From a bacterium (GTDB lineage: Bacteria; CLD3; SB21): a DNA stretch of 57,977 nt. A program made the position numbers and the translations under genes. The stretch's first letter is position 1. Every line of letters begins with the position of its first letter. The notes under the pieces are model-generated. The model was not told the origin of the DNA. It saw only the letters and a list, made by a program, of their open reading frames with translations, and did no database searches. The stretch lies in contig JABWCP010000020.1 in NCBI GenBank assembly GCA_013360215.1, positions 1 to 57,977 on the forward strand, written 5' to 3'. Shown one piece after another: positions 8,417-18,111 of this stretch.

Positions 8417-11395
8417 CTACGATATTTCCTCACTCTCCCACCACTTGAAGGGCTTTTCGTCTGTGACCTGCCGGTAGTCAACGCCGATGATCTTGAAATG
8501 CTTCTTGGCGCAATCGATCTTACGCTTTTCGTTCTTAAATTGAAGAAGGTTCGGGTCCATGTTTCCTTTGGTTTCACGAACCAACTGCAACTTGTACTTT
8601 CCGTCTTCCGAAAGCCTAATGATACCCCAATCGGGATTATAGTTTCCGATGATCTTAGGAAGTCCGATTTTGAAGTTGCCCGGGAACTTGAAATAGCAAA
8701 GGATCTTGCCGTACTCGTCATCGGGCATCACGCGGTTTTCGACAAAACGTCGTTCCACGTCCGAATCAAACTGTATCACGTCGTAAAGCGAAGTCTTCGT
8801 TCCGTTCATCAGTTCTTTTTGAACATATTTTTTGGTTGGAGGAAATATCTCGTCGATGCTTTCGTTTTGTGGGGCGTTATTCACGGCGTATTCAATGTTT
8901 CCCGCAATATGGTCAGCGAGCATATCGCGAATGATGGTAATGAATACTCCGGCGAATCCTTCCGGATTCCTGAAAATCAATTTCTTCTTTGCCTCTTTCA
9001 TCTGTTTGAAGATTTCTAATATCGTATGTCTCGTCAACGTCGTTTCCTTGGCGGCACGATCGATCAGATTGAATACGGGATACGTCGTCTCCGCTTCCCG
9101 GACAGTCTTCTCATCAATGTGTTGACCTTCGGTAGAATCCCACGCGATAGGCTGAGCTCTGGTTAACTTTTGTCCGTTGTCGAATTCTACGGACGAATCC
9201 GATCCTTCCTGAATGATCTTCAGAATCTTAAAGCCCCTCAGTCTTTCGTCTTTGGCCAGTTTTGACAAATCATCGCGCACATCAAAATAGCGTGACGCCG
9301 TTGTCTTTTGCCCTCTCGTATCGGAAATGTCAATTTCGATCTTGGCCAATTTGACTTTCACTTCCAGAAGCTTTAAACAAATGTGTGTAATTACAAACTT
9401 CCCCTTTGTGATGGAGATCCGCGGTTCTGGAAAGTCGGCGTAATTCAGTTTGGTGACACATTGTTCGATGAGTTCTTTCGTGTTCACCTTTATATCGTAC
9501 GAAGTTCGGCGTGAGAGTTTTTCCCAGAATTCACGAAATTCTTTGCTTCTGTAAATCTTGTCGTTTCGTTTGGCCAAACCGTGGCGGGCATTGGAGGGGG
9601 ACGGAGGCACCGCATCCCCGCTTTCGCGATACTCCATCTGCAAATTGCTGACGTAGTTCTCATAACTCTCATTGGCGACGACGGTCAGGATATTCACGGA
9701 TTCGTCCTGAATTCGCTCTCCGGTCTGATCGACGCACAATCGCAATCCTCGCCCGATTTCCTGCCGCTTCTTCATTTCCGACTGCGTATTATTCAACGTA
9801 CATATCTGGAATACATTCGGATTATCCCAGCCTTCTTTGAGAGCCGAATGGGCAAAGATAAAACAAACCTTCTCGTCGAAAGACAAGAGGCGTTCTTTGT
9901 CCTTCATGATCAGTTCATACGCCGCCTTCTCAAGTTCTTTTTCTTCTTTCGTTTTCTTTTCTTCTTCAATGGAAGTATCTACGACGATTTCTTCGCCTTT
10001 CTTCGTCGCCTTCTTCGCAAAATAAGCCTGCCTCACGTCTTCGGGCTTCAGATTTTCGAAAAAGGAATTTCCTTTTCGTAAACGATGGAACGCTTTATCA
10101 AACAAAAGCCGTATCAAACCATTTTCTTCTGTATAATTGGCGACTCGGTCGATAAAAAACAGCGTCAAAACCTTGATTTTTTTGTTGGCAAGTTCCGCCT
10201 GCCTTTGCATGTGTTGCTTGATCGTCTCTTCGATCTGAATTCGGAAAATCTCCTCTCTGGAAAGATTAACTTCACCGGGTTCATTCAGCAGGAGGCGCTG
10301 GCCGTTCGAGAAAACGACCACGCCGTTCTTCTTGTCGATCTCATCGACAACGATCCCTCTATGCGATTCGTTTTTCGTTTTTCGGAAAAGATCATCGTCC
10401 TTCTCGACTTCCAATTCTTTCTCGCGCTTCAGACCTTTTTCAATGATCATCAAACGCAATTTAGCCTTCAGGCCGGAACTGTATCGTATGGATTGCAATG
10501 CCAGCGACGTCTGCCCCTCATTCAGATTCTCCTCTTCACGAATACCGTAAACCTGAATCCGTTTCACGAGGTTCATCTTAAAGGCATCCACCGGGCTCAG
10601 ACGATAGATCAGGTTCGGTTTCTCTACCGGCGTCGCGCTGTATCGAAGCGCAAAAAGAGGATGCAAAGTCCGCAAAGCTTCTTTTGACTTCTGGCTCAGG
10701 TAATTCTGGGCTTCGTCCAGTATCAGGATGGGCCGCGTTTCCTGAATGTATTGGTACGGACGCCATTCACCGGGCAATTTCTCCGTCGGCTTGAAGATGA
10801 CATTGCTTGATTTATTAAATGAATCGACCGTGATGATCAGGATTTCCGTGAAAGACGACGTCGCAAAGCCTCGCAGTTTGCTGATCTGCTGGCCGTCGTA
10901 TTCGATGAGGTGAACGGTTTCATTGCTGTAGAGCGTCTTGAAGTGCTCCCGCGTGATCTGGAAGGACTTGATGACGCCTTCGTAGATGGCGATGCTGGGA
11001 ACGACGATGACGAACTTACGGAAACCGAAGTTTTTACGGAGCTCATGAATGGTCCGAAGATAGGCGTACGTCTTACCCGTGCCCGTCTCCATCTCGATGG
11101 TGAAAGACGGATAACGCCAGGAATCAGAGCCGACACCATCAAGAACGAGCCCCTCATCCACGTCAAGCGTCATATTCCGAGGAACTTCATTGCTATTTTG
11201 AATAGCGACAAGATTATCGAAAACGAAAGATTCGTCGAGCGCATGCCCTTCCGGCATATTCGGCACGACATCGGCGCCCATCTGAAAACCATTGGCGTGA
11301 TCGGAAAGCCCGTCGAAAAGCTTCAAGACACTATCAACGGCCGTCTTCTGATGCGACTGATTGGGATCAAATTTGAAACGAATGAGATTGGACAT
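8417..11395 (-). CDS. res: Type III restriction-modification Res subunit (SF2 helicase-like plus PD-(D/E)XK endonuclease)
   Basis: METGTGKT, DEAQ, YSAT, SALKEGWDNPNVFQIC, QEIGRGLRL, YNPDW...RETKG. Confidence 0.93.
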   Translation of the reverse strand: MSNLIRFKFDPNQSHQKTAVDSVLKLFDGLSDHANGFQMGADVVPNMPEGHALDESFVFDNLVAIQNSNEVPRNMTLDVDEGLVLDGVGSDSWRYPSFTIEMETGTGKTYAYLRTIHELRKNFGFRKFVIVVPSIAIYEGVIKSFQITREHFKTLYSNETVHLIEYDGQQISKLRGFATSSFTEILIITVDSFNKSSNVIFKPTEKLPGEWRPYQYIQETRPILILDEAQNYLSQKSKEALRTLHPLFALRYSATPVEKPNLIYRLSPVDAFKMNLVKRIQVYGIREEENLNEGQTSLALQSIRYSSGLKAKLRLMIIEKGLKREKELEVEKDDDLFRKTKNESHRGIVVDEIDKKNGVVVFSNGQRLLLNEPGEVNLSREEIFRIQIEETIKQHMQRQAELANKKIKVLTLFFIDRVANYTEENGLIRLLFDKAFHRLRKGNSFFENLKPEDVRQAYFAKKATKKGEEIVVDTSIEEEKKTKEEKELEKAAYELIMKDKERLLSFDEKVCFIFAHSALKEGWDNPNVFQICTLNNTQSEMKKRQEIGRGLRLCVDQTGERIQDESVNILTVVANESYENYVSNLQMEYRESGDAVPPSPSNARHGLAKRNDKIYRSKEFREFWEKLSRRTSYDIKVNTKELIEQCVTKLNYADFPEPRISITKGKFVITHICLKLLEVKVKLAKIEIDISDTRGQKTTASRYFDVRDDLSKLAKDERLRGFKILKIIQEGSDSSVEFDNGQKLTRAQPIAWDSTEGQHIDEKTVREAETTYPVFNLIDRAAKETTLTRHTILEIFKQMKEAKKKLIFRNPEGFAGVFITIIRDMLADHIAGNIEYAVNNAPQNESIDEIFPPTKKYVQKELMNGTKTSLYDVIQFDSDVERRFVENRVMPDDEYGKILCYFKFPGNFKIGLPKIIGNYNPDWGIIRLSEDGKYKLQLVRETKGNMDPNLLQFKNEKRKIDCAKKHFKIIGVDYRQVTDEKPFKWWESEEIS

Positions 11396-11400
11396 GCGTC

Positions 11401-12423
11401 TTACTGGTTGATGAGATTGATGATGAGTGTGATCATGATATCTTTCTGGGATGGGTCGCTTTGAGCGACAAGGAGGGCCAGCGCCACCAGCGCGTTGTCA
11501 TTGATCTTTTGTTCACCGGATTTACGCAGCAAATGCATATTCCGATTCAGGAACCAGACAAACAAAAACGACCCGATGCGTTTATTGCCGTCGATAAAAG
11601 GATGGTTCTTGATCACAAAGTAGAGCAGGTGTGCGGCTTGCTCTTCGATGCTCGGATATAAATACTTTCCGTCAAAGGTCTGAACGACACTGCCGAGAAT
11701 TCCTTTAAAGCTATCGTCTTTTTCACGCCCAAAAAGATCCGATGCGTCTTTGGCGGCGAGCAGGGAATTCTTCAATTCGTCAATGGCAGACCGGGCTTCG
11801 TCATAACGTAAGACAAACGTAATCTGCCGATGGACGTCGTCAGCAGCAAGGGTTTGTTTGTCAAATTGGTTGAGAAGTGTGAATGTGCGGGTGTAGCCGG
11901 TCAGTACTTCCAAAAGGCCCCGAGCTTCCTGAAGTTTCAGATCGGTCTCTTTAGCGGACCGCTGTATCAGGTCAATCGCCTTCTGGAGCTCGGCCATATT
12001 CTTTGCCTGATCCTTAAGCCTTTGCTCATTAAGCGTATACCCGCGTAGAATATGCTCCTTGAGTACACGATTTGCCCAGATTCGAAACTGAGTCGCTTTT
12101 CTGGAATTGACTCGATAGCCTACAGAAATTATCATGTCAAGGCTGTAAAAGGCAACCTCTCGTTTCACTCGTCTCCGGCCTTCGGATTGAACTATTTCCA
12201 TTTTGGAAATAGTTGCTCCAGGCTTCAATTCTCCCGAAGAAATAATGTTTCTTATATGTTTATTAATTGCCGGAACTTCTGTGCCGAAAACATCGGCAAT
12301 CTGACTTTGTGTCAGCCAGATAGTCTCGTCACGGTATGTGATTTCGACCTCACGGGAACTGTCTGAGTCCCGATAGAAAACGATTTCACCGCTTTTATTG
12401 AGATTGATGACTTTATCTTTCAT
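11401..12423 (-). CDS. RhuM-like domain fused to Fic/Doc domain
   Basis: N-terminal ETIWLTQSQIA...YSLDMIISVGYRVNS..ATQFRIWA (RhuM); C-terminal HPFIDGNKR (Doc-type Fic motif). Confidence 0.9.
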   Translation of the reverse strand: MKDKVINLNKSGEIVFYRDSDSSREVEITYRDETIWLTQSQIADVFGTEVPAINKHIRNIISSGELKPGATISKMEIVQSEGRRRVKREVAFYSLDMIISVGYRVNSRKATQFRIWANRVLKEHILRGYTLNEQRLKDQAKNMAELQKAIDLIQRSAKETDLKLQEARGLLEVLTGYTRTFTLLNQFDKQTLAADDVHRQITFVLRYDEARSAIDELKNSLLAAKDASDLFGREKDDSFKGILGSVVQTFDGKYLYPSIEEQAAHLLYFVIKNHPFIDGNKRIGSFLFVWFLNRNMHLLRKSGEQKINDNALVALALLVAQSDPSQKDIMITLIINLINQ

Positions 12424-12434
12424 AATATCTTACT

Positions 12435-14294
12435 TTATATCGTCTTCAAAACACCCATATCGGACAACCTCACCTTATCCGAGTCCGATATGGCGCTGTC
12501 GAGGCAAATGAAAACATCTTTCTCATCCAACTTAATTTCTTCAATGGTGTCCTTATACACTTTGTTATCTAAGCACACTAGCAACTTGTGGTCGCAGAAA
12601 TCGGACAAAATTTCATAAATTTTATTCTTTCTGTACCTTTTTAAAACGTCAATTTTACTATCAAGAGAAAAACCTTCAATCAAGATAATTTCAAGTATAA
12701 GATTTTCAGGTTCCCAGTTATCCAATAACGGAGTTTCAAAACCTAAAAACGTTTTCTCAAGACTCAACATGTCAGAAGGAATAAATTCAGACCATGATCT
12801 AAAATTTGACTCTACTAGCCTTAAACAATGAAAGCCCAGATCGTTATCTTTCTTCTTTGCTAGTTTCTTAAACTGTTGACTACTTTTCTTAATTCTTTCA
12901 ATAGCCAAATCAGAAATAGTCTGACAGTGTGACTTTTTCCTTATATCATCATCATCAATTTCCTCGGGCATTTGGACTAGAATATATCTTCTCTTTCCAT
13001 TATCCTCATTATTTAGACTCATTAGAGCGTGAGCAGAGGTTCCAGAGCCTGCAAAAAAATCCAAATAGATACCATCTTTGTCATCAGTATTGTTAACCAT
13101 AATTGAAAACAAAAACTTTACGAGGTCTGACGGTTTGGGAAAATCAAAAGCATCGAATCCAAATAATTCTCGAATTTCTTTAGTTCCATCTTGATTAAAT
13201 GGACCAGATACCATAAGCGACAGAGGCTTCCCTTTTCTCATATTTCCGTTTTCATCTCGAAGGTATTGTTTAAAGCGTACGCTAAATTTCCCGTCAGATT
13301 CATTGATTACAATTTCGTCATTATCCATGGCCTTTAGAAGTCTTTCCTTCGACCAAATCCACTGTTTATCTGGCCAAATCTCTTTTCCTTTCCATTTTAA
13401 CGGATAGACTAAATTAGGCCTGTCATCTTTGCTTTTTGTTGCCAATGGTTGCGTAACGTAGCCACCACGGGTTTCATACTTGTTATCTTTGTTCTTGTAT
13501 TGTTCAATTTCTTCTGGTGATAGATTTGAGCTCAGTTCATCAATATTTGATTTGGAATAGCAAAGTATATATTCATGAAGCCGTCCTATTCCTTTTGTCT
13601 GCGCTCCTGGTCCATACTTATTCTTCCAGACAATTTGTGATTGAAACTGTTCTTCACCAAAAAGTTCATTCAATATTGTTCGTAAATTTGTGATCTCATT
13701 ATCATCAATACTAACAAAAATCAAACCATCATCCCTTAACAAATTTCGAGCAAGCCTCAATCTGGGATACATCATACTGAGCCATTTCGAGTGAAAGCGG
13801 CCGTCGGCGCGCGTATTTGTCGTCATTGGCTTTCCTTCTTCGTCTACTTGTCCGGTCCGGCGCAGGTATTCTTCCAGAGGTTCTTTGAAGTCGTCTTCAT
13901 AGACGAAGTCGTTGCCCGTATTATACGGCGGATCGATGTAGATCATCTTGATACGCCCGGCGTAGCTTTTCTGGAGGATCTTGAGGACTTCGAGGTTTTC
14001 GCCTTCGATGAAGATATTGCGGGTGGTTTCTTCGTCCACGCCTTCGCCGGGACACGGGATGAGTGTGCCCTTGCTGGGAATGGAAGCGAGTTTACGGGCT
14101 TCTTTCTTGCCGGGCCAGAAGAGGCCGAAGTGTTCGACCTCCGGATTGTCTTCTTCCGTGTAGTTACCGAGCGCTTCTTTGAGCGTCTCCCAGTTGATCT
14201 TCCCGTCGGCAAAGGCCTCGGGCGCGATTTGTTTTAGTTGCTTGATTCGTTCTTCATCGAAGACGAATCCGGGTCGTAGTCTTTCGTGAGGCAT
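12435..14294 (-). CDS. mod: Type III restriction-modification Mod subunit (beta-class adenine DNA methyltransferase)
   Basis: IEGENLEVLK, IYIDPPYNTG (motif IV), HSKWLSMMYPRL, FPKP, LDFFAGSGT (motif I). Confidence 0.93.
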   Translation of the reverse strand: MPHERLRPGFVFDEERIKQLKQIAPEAFADGKINWETLKEALGNYTEEDNPEVEHFGLFWPGKKEARKLASIPSKGTLIPCPGEGVDEETTRNIFIEGENLEVLKILQKSYAGRIKMIYIDPPYNTGNDFVYEDDFKEPLEEYLRRTGQVDEEGKPMTTNTRADGRFHSKWLSMMYPRLRLARNLLRDDGLIFVSIDDNEITNLRTILNELFGEEQFQSQIVWKNKYGPGAQTKGIGRLHEYILCYSKSNIDELSSNLSPEEIEQYKNKDNKYETRGGYVTQPLATKSKDDRPNLVYPLKWKGKEIWPDKQWIWSKERLLKAMDNDEIVINESDGKFSVRFKQYLRDENGNMRKGKPLSLMVSGPFNQDGTKEIRELFGFDAFDFPKPSDLVKFLFSIMVNNTDDKDGIYLDFFAGSGTSAHALMSLNNEDNGKRRYILVQMPEEIDDDDIRKKSHCQTISDLAIERIKKSSQQFKKLAKKKDNDLGFHCLRLVESNFRSWSEFIPSDMLSLEKTFLGFETPLLDNWEPENLILEIILIEGFSLDSKIDVLKRYRKNKIYEILSDFCDHKLLVCLDNKVYKDTIEEIKLDEKDVFICLDSAISDSDKVRLSDMGVLKTI

Positions 14295-14327
14295 GATTTC
14301 TTATTATCCGTTAAAGGTTAAGATTTT

Positions 14328-15170
14328 CTATTCTGCTATTTCCGGTATGGATTCCGGCGGCGGCGAAGCCTGCAGATTGGCATTGATGAATTCTTCCTGT
14401 TCCACATCGTCGGCGATCTGATTGAGATATTTCTTGAAATGCGATGCGCTGCGCCCGCCGGTGCTCAGCACATATTCGCGATACGAAGAACAGGAGAATC
14501 GTGCATCACAGTTACGACATACCCGTGTCGCAAAAAGCGACTTCGTGCCGGGGATTGGCTCTTTTAGCACTTTCAGTTTTGGCGGTTCAAATTCCTTTCC
14601 CTCGATCTGATCGACGACACGTCCGAAGTCCGTGATGGTCTCTTTGACGTTCTGCTGTTTGAACGGAATAGGTATTAAAGGTTGCCATGCCGCCAATTCG
14701 CGTTCGATGGCGCTCAGATTGCCGGTATTGAGCGCATTGCGGAGCGTCACAGGATAGGCCGTCGAGATGACGGCGGTATGGTCAAGCGGATTGCCGCGGA
14801 GTTCCTGCCAGATGTGGGCATAGACATTGAGTTGCTTTTCGTAGAAATCCATATTGCCGCGGATGTAGTCGGGATCGTGCGTCTTGATGTCATACATCCA
14901 CGTCTCACCTTCCTCTTTGACGATATCCACGACGCCTTCGATGGTAAATTCACGTCCTTTGGGCGTTTTCTGGTCCGGCAGTGTCAGCTTGACTTCCGTA
15001 GATGTGACTTTGGAGGCCACATCTTTGAGTTTTCTGAAATAGTAGAGAACCTGATTGAGAGCGTATTCTTTGCTGTCCGCGGTCAGTGCATGGCCGCCTT
15101 CCATCGCCAGCATCTCGTGATTCTCTTCGAAAAATTCCTTTATTTTTTCTTCAATCTCTTGATCGGTCAT
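14328..15170 (-). CDS. PD-(D/E)XK nuclease (AddB/Cas4-like), lacking the N-terminal part of the domain
   Basis: TEVKL, EGVVDIV, YDIKT, QLNVYA and C-terminal CRNCDARFSC. Confidence 0.85.
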   Translation of the reverse strand: MTDQEIEEKIKEFFEENHEMLAMEGGHALTADSKEYALNQVLYYFRKLKDVASKVTSTEVKLTLPDQKTPKGREFTIEGVVDIVKEEGETWMYDIKTHDPDYIRGNMDFYEKQLNVYAHIWQELRGNPLDHTAVISTAYPVTLRNALNTGNLSAIERELAAWQPLIPIPFKQQNVKETITDFGRVVDQIEGKEFEPPKLKVLKEPIPGTKSLFATRVCRNCDARFSCSSYREYVLSTGGRSASHFKKYLNQIADDVEQEEFINANLQASPPPESIPEIAE

Positions 15171-17737
15171 ACTTTTTGACTTTCTCTCTGCTGGATCAGA
15201 AAATAATGAAGATCTTCAATCGTCTTATGAACAAGACTTCCGAAAAACATCGTCTGGGAACGGGAAGGAACAAATCCGTATTTTCGAAATACCATATATT
15301 GTCTTGGACACTTCTGGAACAGAAGATAATCTCCCGTGTATGAATAAACTTTTCCGAGGTCCTCGTGGTCATCCACAGCTTGCGGTAGGGCTTTGATGTC
15401 GATTTCTTTAAGCGTCGGGAGGCGGTCTTCGGCAAAAATTTCTTTAAAGACCGGAGATGCTCCTTTTGTTCCTTTGTATCTTGGGATGATGAGCAGGTTC
15501 TTAGGCCTGGACAAAGCGACATAAAAGGTTCGCATGTTGTCAAAAACGCTGATTCGGTCAAGAGGCTCGCCTTCCTTTTTCAGGCATTCGCGAACAATGT
15601 GTTCTACCTGGGAAGCTTTCCTTTCCGTTTTGAATACGCTTCCCAGGACAACCACCGGAAATTCAAGGCCCTTAGCCTGATGGATGGTAAGAAAAGGAAT
15701 GCGCCCTTTTGGAAAGGGATCATCGGCATCTTCGTATTCCGACTCGCCAAGACGAAAGAGCGCATAGAGATAACTCGTAAAGAAACTATTTACGAACTTC
15801 TTCTCTGAAAGATAACCGGCCGTAATGACCGTCGCATATTTTTCCATGAAGCGGGCAAGATACTGCGAGATCAGGCCAAGATTGCAGATCGGACCCTCGT
15901 CGGAGCCCCGCTCTGCCAGATCGAACATCTTTCTAAAATGCTTGAAACCGCAAAGTTGGTAGAAAAGATCGAGAACGGACCAGTCAACTGAAGTCATGCG
16001 GTTGAAGATGTATTGGACCGGGAAGGGTTGTTTTGCTACTTCACGTTTCTTGATAATATTCTCAAAAGCCTTGCTTTGTATGATTTTTCGAGCCCGTTCA
16101 GACAATGTTCCGATCCTCAGGATATCACGCACCATCGGGTCCCACTTGAACTCGGTTTTCAAATCAATCTTTTTTCGTTTGGCATAATTCATCAGCGCAT
16201 CGTAGTCAGCACCGATCAGATCAAGTTCTTTTTGTTTGTCTTTGACGTATTCTTTCAAGGCATCGTCAGACTTCATCAGTTCTTCTGCCTTCGATTCATA
16301 GGCGTCGATTAAAACAAAAAAATTTGCCAGGTTTCCCCGCCTTTGGGTTCTTTCCGGACGGCCCAGTATTTTTGCGAATAGGCCGAACATGGCCACCGCT
16401 TCTTCTACTTCAACAAAAGTCCCCGCACGGGGCGCATAGACAGACAGGCCGACGTTTTCCAATGCCGCTTTTAGTCCTGCTGCTTTTTTGGTTTTTAGAG
16501 AAGGAAAAAGAAATGCGATCTGATTGGGGTCGGAAACCCTCTTCGATGTGATCAATTTTTTCGTAAAGGCCGCGATTTCTTCATAGACAAGTTCTGGTTC
16601 CAGAAAGGAACTCACGGCGACCGAGGGTTCTTTATCCGTACTTTTAGCTTTGATCTTCTTATCTGCAATACGGTGAAATCCTTTGCCATCGTCCTTTTTC
16701 CAGTCATTGCGATCCATGAAACTGGTATAGAAATCGACAATTCGTTTGCGAGACCTGTAGTTAATATCCAGATCTATTCGACGAGGCTTTGCTTTGATAT
16801 AACTTTTGCAGCGCTCTTCAAACTCGACAAAATTTTCAACCGTCGCTCCGCGAAACCGGTAAAGCGCCTGATCATCGTCACCTACGATGCAGATATTCTG
16901 ACTTCCCTTGGCAAGATGAAAATAGATTTTTTCCTGGATCGCATTCGTGTCCTGGTATTCATCGATGATCACGTGCCTGAAGATTTTGTGACCATTTTCG
17001 GATTTGGTAAGAGACTCATACGCGGCCTGTTGAAGCAGAGAAAAATCAGTGGATCTGATTTTTCTGTTGGCCCCCAAAGAATTCAGATAATAATCATACA
17101 TTTTTGATATTTGGATCAGGCTCTCATCCTTTGTCCTCAAATGTGCCGGACGCACTAGTTCCTCCGACATACGATTGAAGAAACTTATCGCATTAGTGGT
17201 CGCCTCGTGTCGGGAGCCGTTATTCCCGTTCTTGAGATAGAGATTCACAGCCCTATTGGCGTCCTCAATTTCCTTGAAGCCTGCATGTTTAATCATTTCA
17301 GGCCAATGCTCACGATACACATGAAAATACTGATCCAGTTCGTCGAGAAGGACAGGCGGATGGGCACGATGTCCGTCATTCGAAAGCCGCCTATCTGAAA
17401 TGAGTTTTTGACAAATGGAATGCACGGTTCCGATAGACATCTTTGAGATATCGTAAGGCTTCCCGGTCTTGTTTGTCACCAATCCGAGTAGAGCGATGAG
17501 GCCTTCTTTGAGTTGAAAAGCCGCTTTTTCGGTAAAGGTGCTTAAGAAGATTTCCTGAGGATCGACTTGATGGAATACGATCAGATTCAACGTTCGCCAC
17601 AAAAGCACCCTTGTCTTGCCTGACCCCGGACCGGCCGCCAGAAACAATGGTCCGTCAACATACAAGATAGCCTCCCGCTGACTATCGTTAGGCTTGAAAT
17701 CTTTCATTTTCCAGAGTTCTTCGATTGACAGAGACAT
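15167..17737 (-). CDS. UvrD/PcrA-like SF1 ATP-dependent helicase whose tail carries the start of a PD-(D/E)XK domain
   Basis: AGPGSGKT, TFTEKAA, DEYQD, VGDDDQALYRFRGA, NYRS, TIHQAKGLEF, FYVALSR; tail SYTGDYLLFQKCPRQY...FGSLVH. Confidence 0.92.
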   Translation of the reverse strand: MSLSIEELWKMKDFKPNDSQREAILYVDGPLFLAAGPGSGKTRVLLWRTLNLIVFHQVDPQEIFLSTFTEKAAFQLKEGLIALLGLVTNKTGKPYDISKMSIGTVHSICQKLISDRRLSNDGHRAHPPVLLDELDQYFHVYREHWPEMIKHAGFKEIEDANRAVNLYLKNGNNGSRHEATTNAISFFNRMSEELVRPAHLRTKDESLIQISKMYDYYLNSLGANRKIRSTDFSLLQQAAYESLTKSENGHKIFRHVIIDEYQDTNAIQEKIYFHLAKGSQNICIVGDDDQALYRFRGATVENFVEFEERCKSYIKAKPRRIDLDINYRSRKRIVDFYTSFMDRNDWKKDDGKGFHRIADKKIKAKSTDKEPSVAVSSFLEPELVYEEIAAFTKKLITSKRVSDPNQIAFLFPSLKTKKAAGLKAALENVGLSVYAPRAGTFVEVEEAVAMFGLFAKILGRPERTQRRGNLANFFVLIDAYESKAEELMKSDDALKEYVKDKQKELDLIGADYDALMNYAKRKKIDLKTEFKWDPMVRDILRIGTLSERARKIIQSKAFENIIKKREVAKQPFPVQYIFNRMTSVDWSVLDLFYQLCGFKHFRKMFDLAERGSDEGPICNLGLISQYLARFMEKYATVITAGYLSEKKFVNSFFTSYLYALFRLGESEYEDADDPFPKGRIPFLTIHQAKGLEFPVVVLGSVFKTERKASQVEHIVRECLKKEGEPLDRISVFDNMRTFYVALSRPKNLLIIPRYKGTKGASPVFKEIFAEDRLPTLKEIDIKALPQAVDDHEDLGKVYSYTGDYLLFQKCPRQYMVFRKYGFVPSRSQTMFFGSLVHKTIEDLHYFLIQQRESQKV

Positions 17738-17774
17738 CGTTTAGAATAAAATTGATCGCTATGATTTGTGTAAA

Positions 17775-17803
17775 AACGTAATGCGCTTAGAATCAAATGT
17801 CAA
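17775..17803 (-). promoter_or_regulatory. Sigma70-like promoter for the defence operon
   Basis: Minus strand TTGACA-17 nt-TACGTT, about 40 bp upstream of the helicase ATG. Confidence 0.6.
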
Positions 17804-18081
17804 TAGATTTGGACGGTGTATAACATAAGCGCTGCACACACGGCAACCGCCAGAACTGTCTTTTACGTTAAATGCACTTCGCTCAAATATTGTTTTTTCG
17901 CATGTTGTCTTTTTTTTGAATTCAACTTCGAGACGATTATTCTCAATTGTATGACGCTGTTATTCAGTTCTATATCATTCTACTGCATTTAATGGATATT
18001 AATGAGCGATAGACTTGTTTAAGGTGTTTATTCGCAAGAACAAAGAGTTAAATTTTGGAGTTTCACATCTACTCCCTCAAC

Positions 18082-18110
18082 AAAAAAAGCTCAGATTACT
18101 CTGAGCTTTT
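18082..18110 (-). terminator. Rho-independent terminator after the tRNA-Ser pair
   Basis: AAAAGCTCAG-loop-CTGAGCTTTT hairpin with a U-tract on the minus strand. Confidence 0.8.
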
Positions 18111-18111
18111 G

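Larger units (their letters stand above)
8417..17737 (-). other. Defence island: UvrD helicase, PD-(D/E)XK nuclease, type III R-M and RhuM-Fic/Doc, adjacent to tRNA-Ser
   Basis: Five co-oriented genes with gaps of -4, 33, 11 and 5 bp, flanked by unrelated host genes; no integrase seen. Confidence 0.8.

Noticed and set aside
8498-11464. Several 100-200 aa plus-strand ORFs within res, and similar ones across the window (for example 18485-19132 and 54618-55361)
   Set aside because: They lie fully antisense to well-supported genes and have no recognisable motifs
12435-14294. Phase-variable mod (phasevarion)
   Set aside because: No simple-sequence repeat tract is visible and the ORF is intact
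15160-15185. Programmed -1 frameshift fusing the helicase and nuclease
   Set aside because: Only CAA-AAA-GTA is present, with no canonical X-XXY-YYZ heptamer or obvious stimulatory hairpin. The ATGA overlap is better explained by translational coupling, though frameshifting is not fully excluded.
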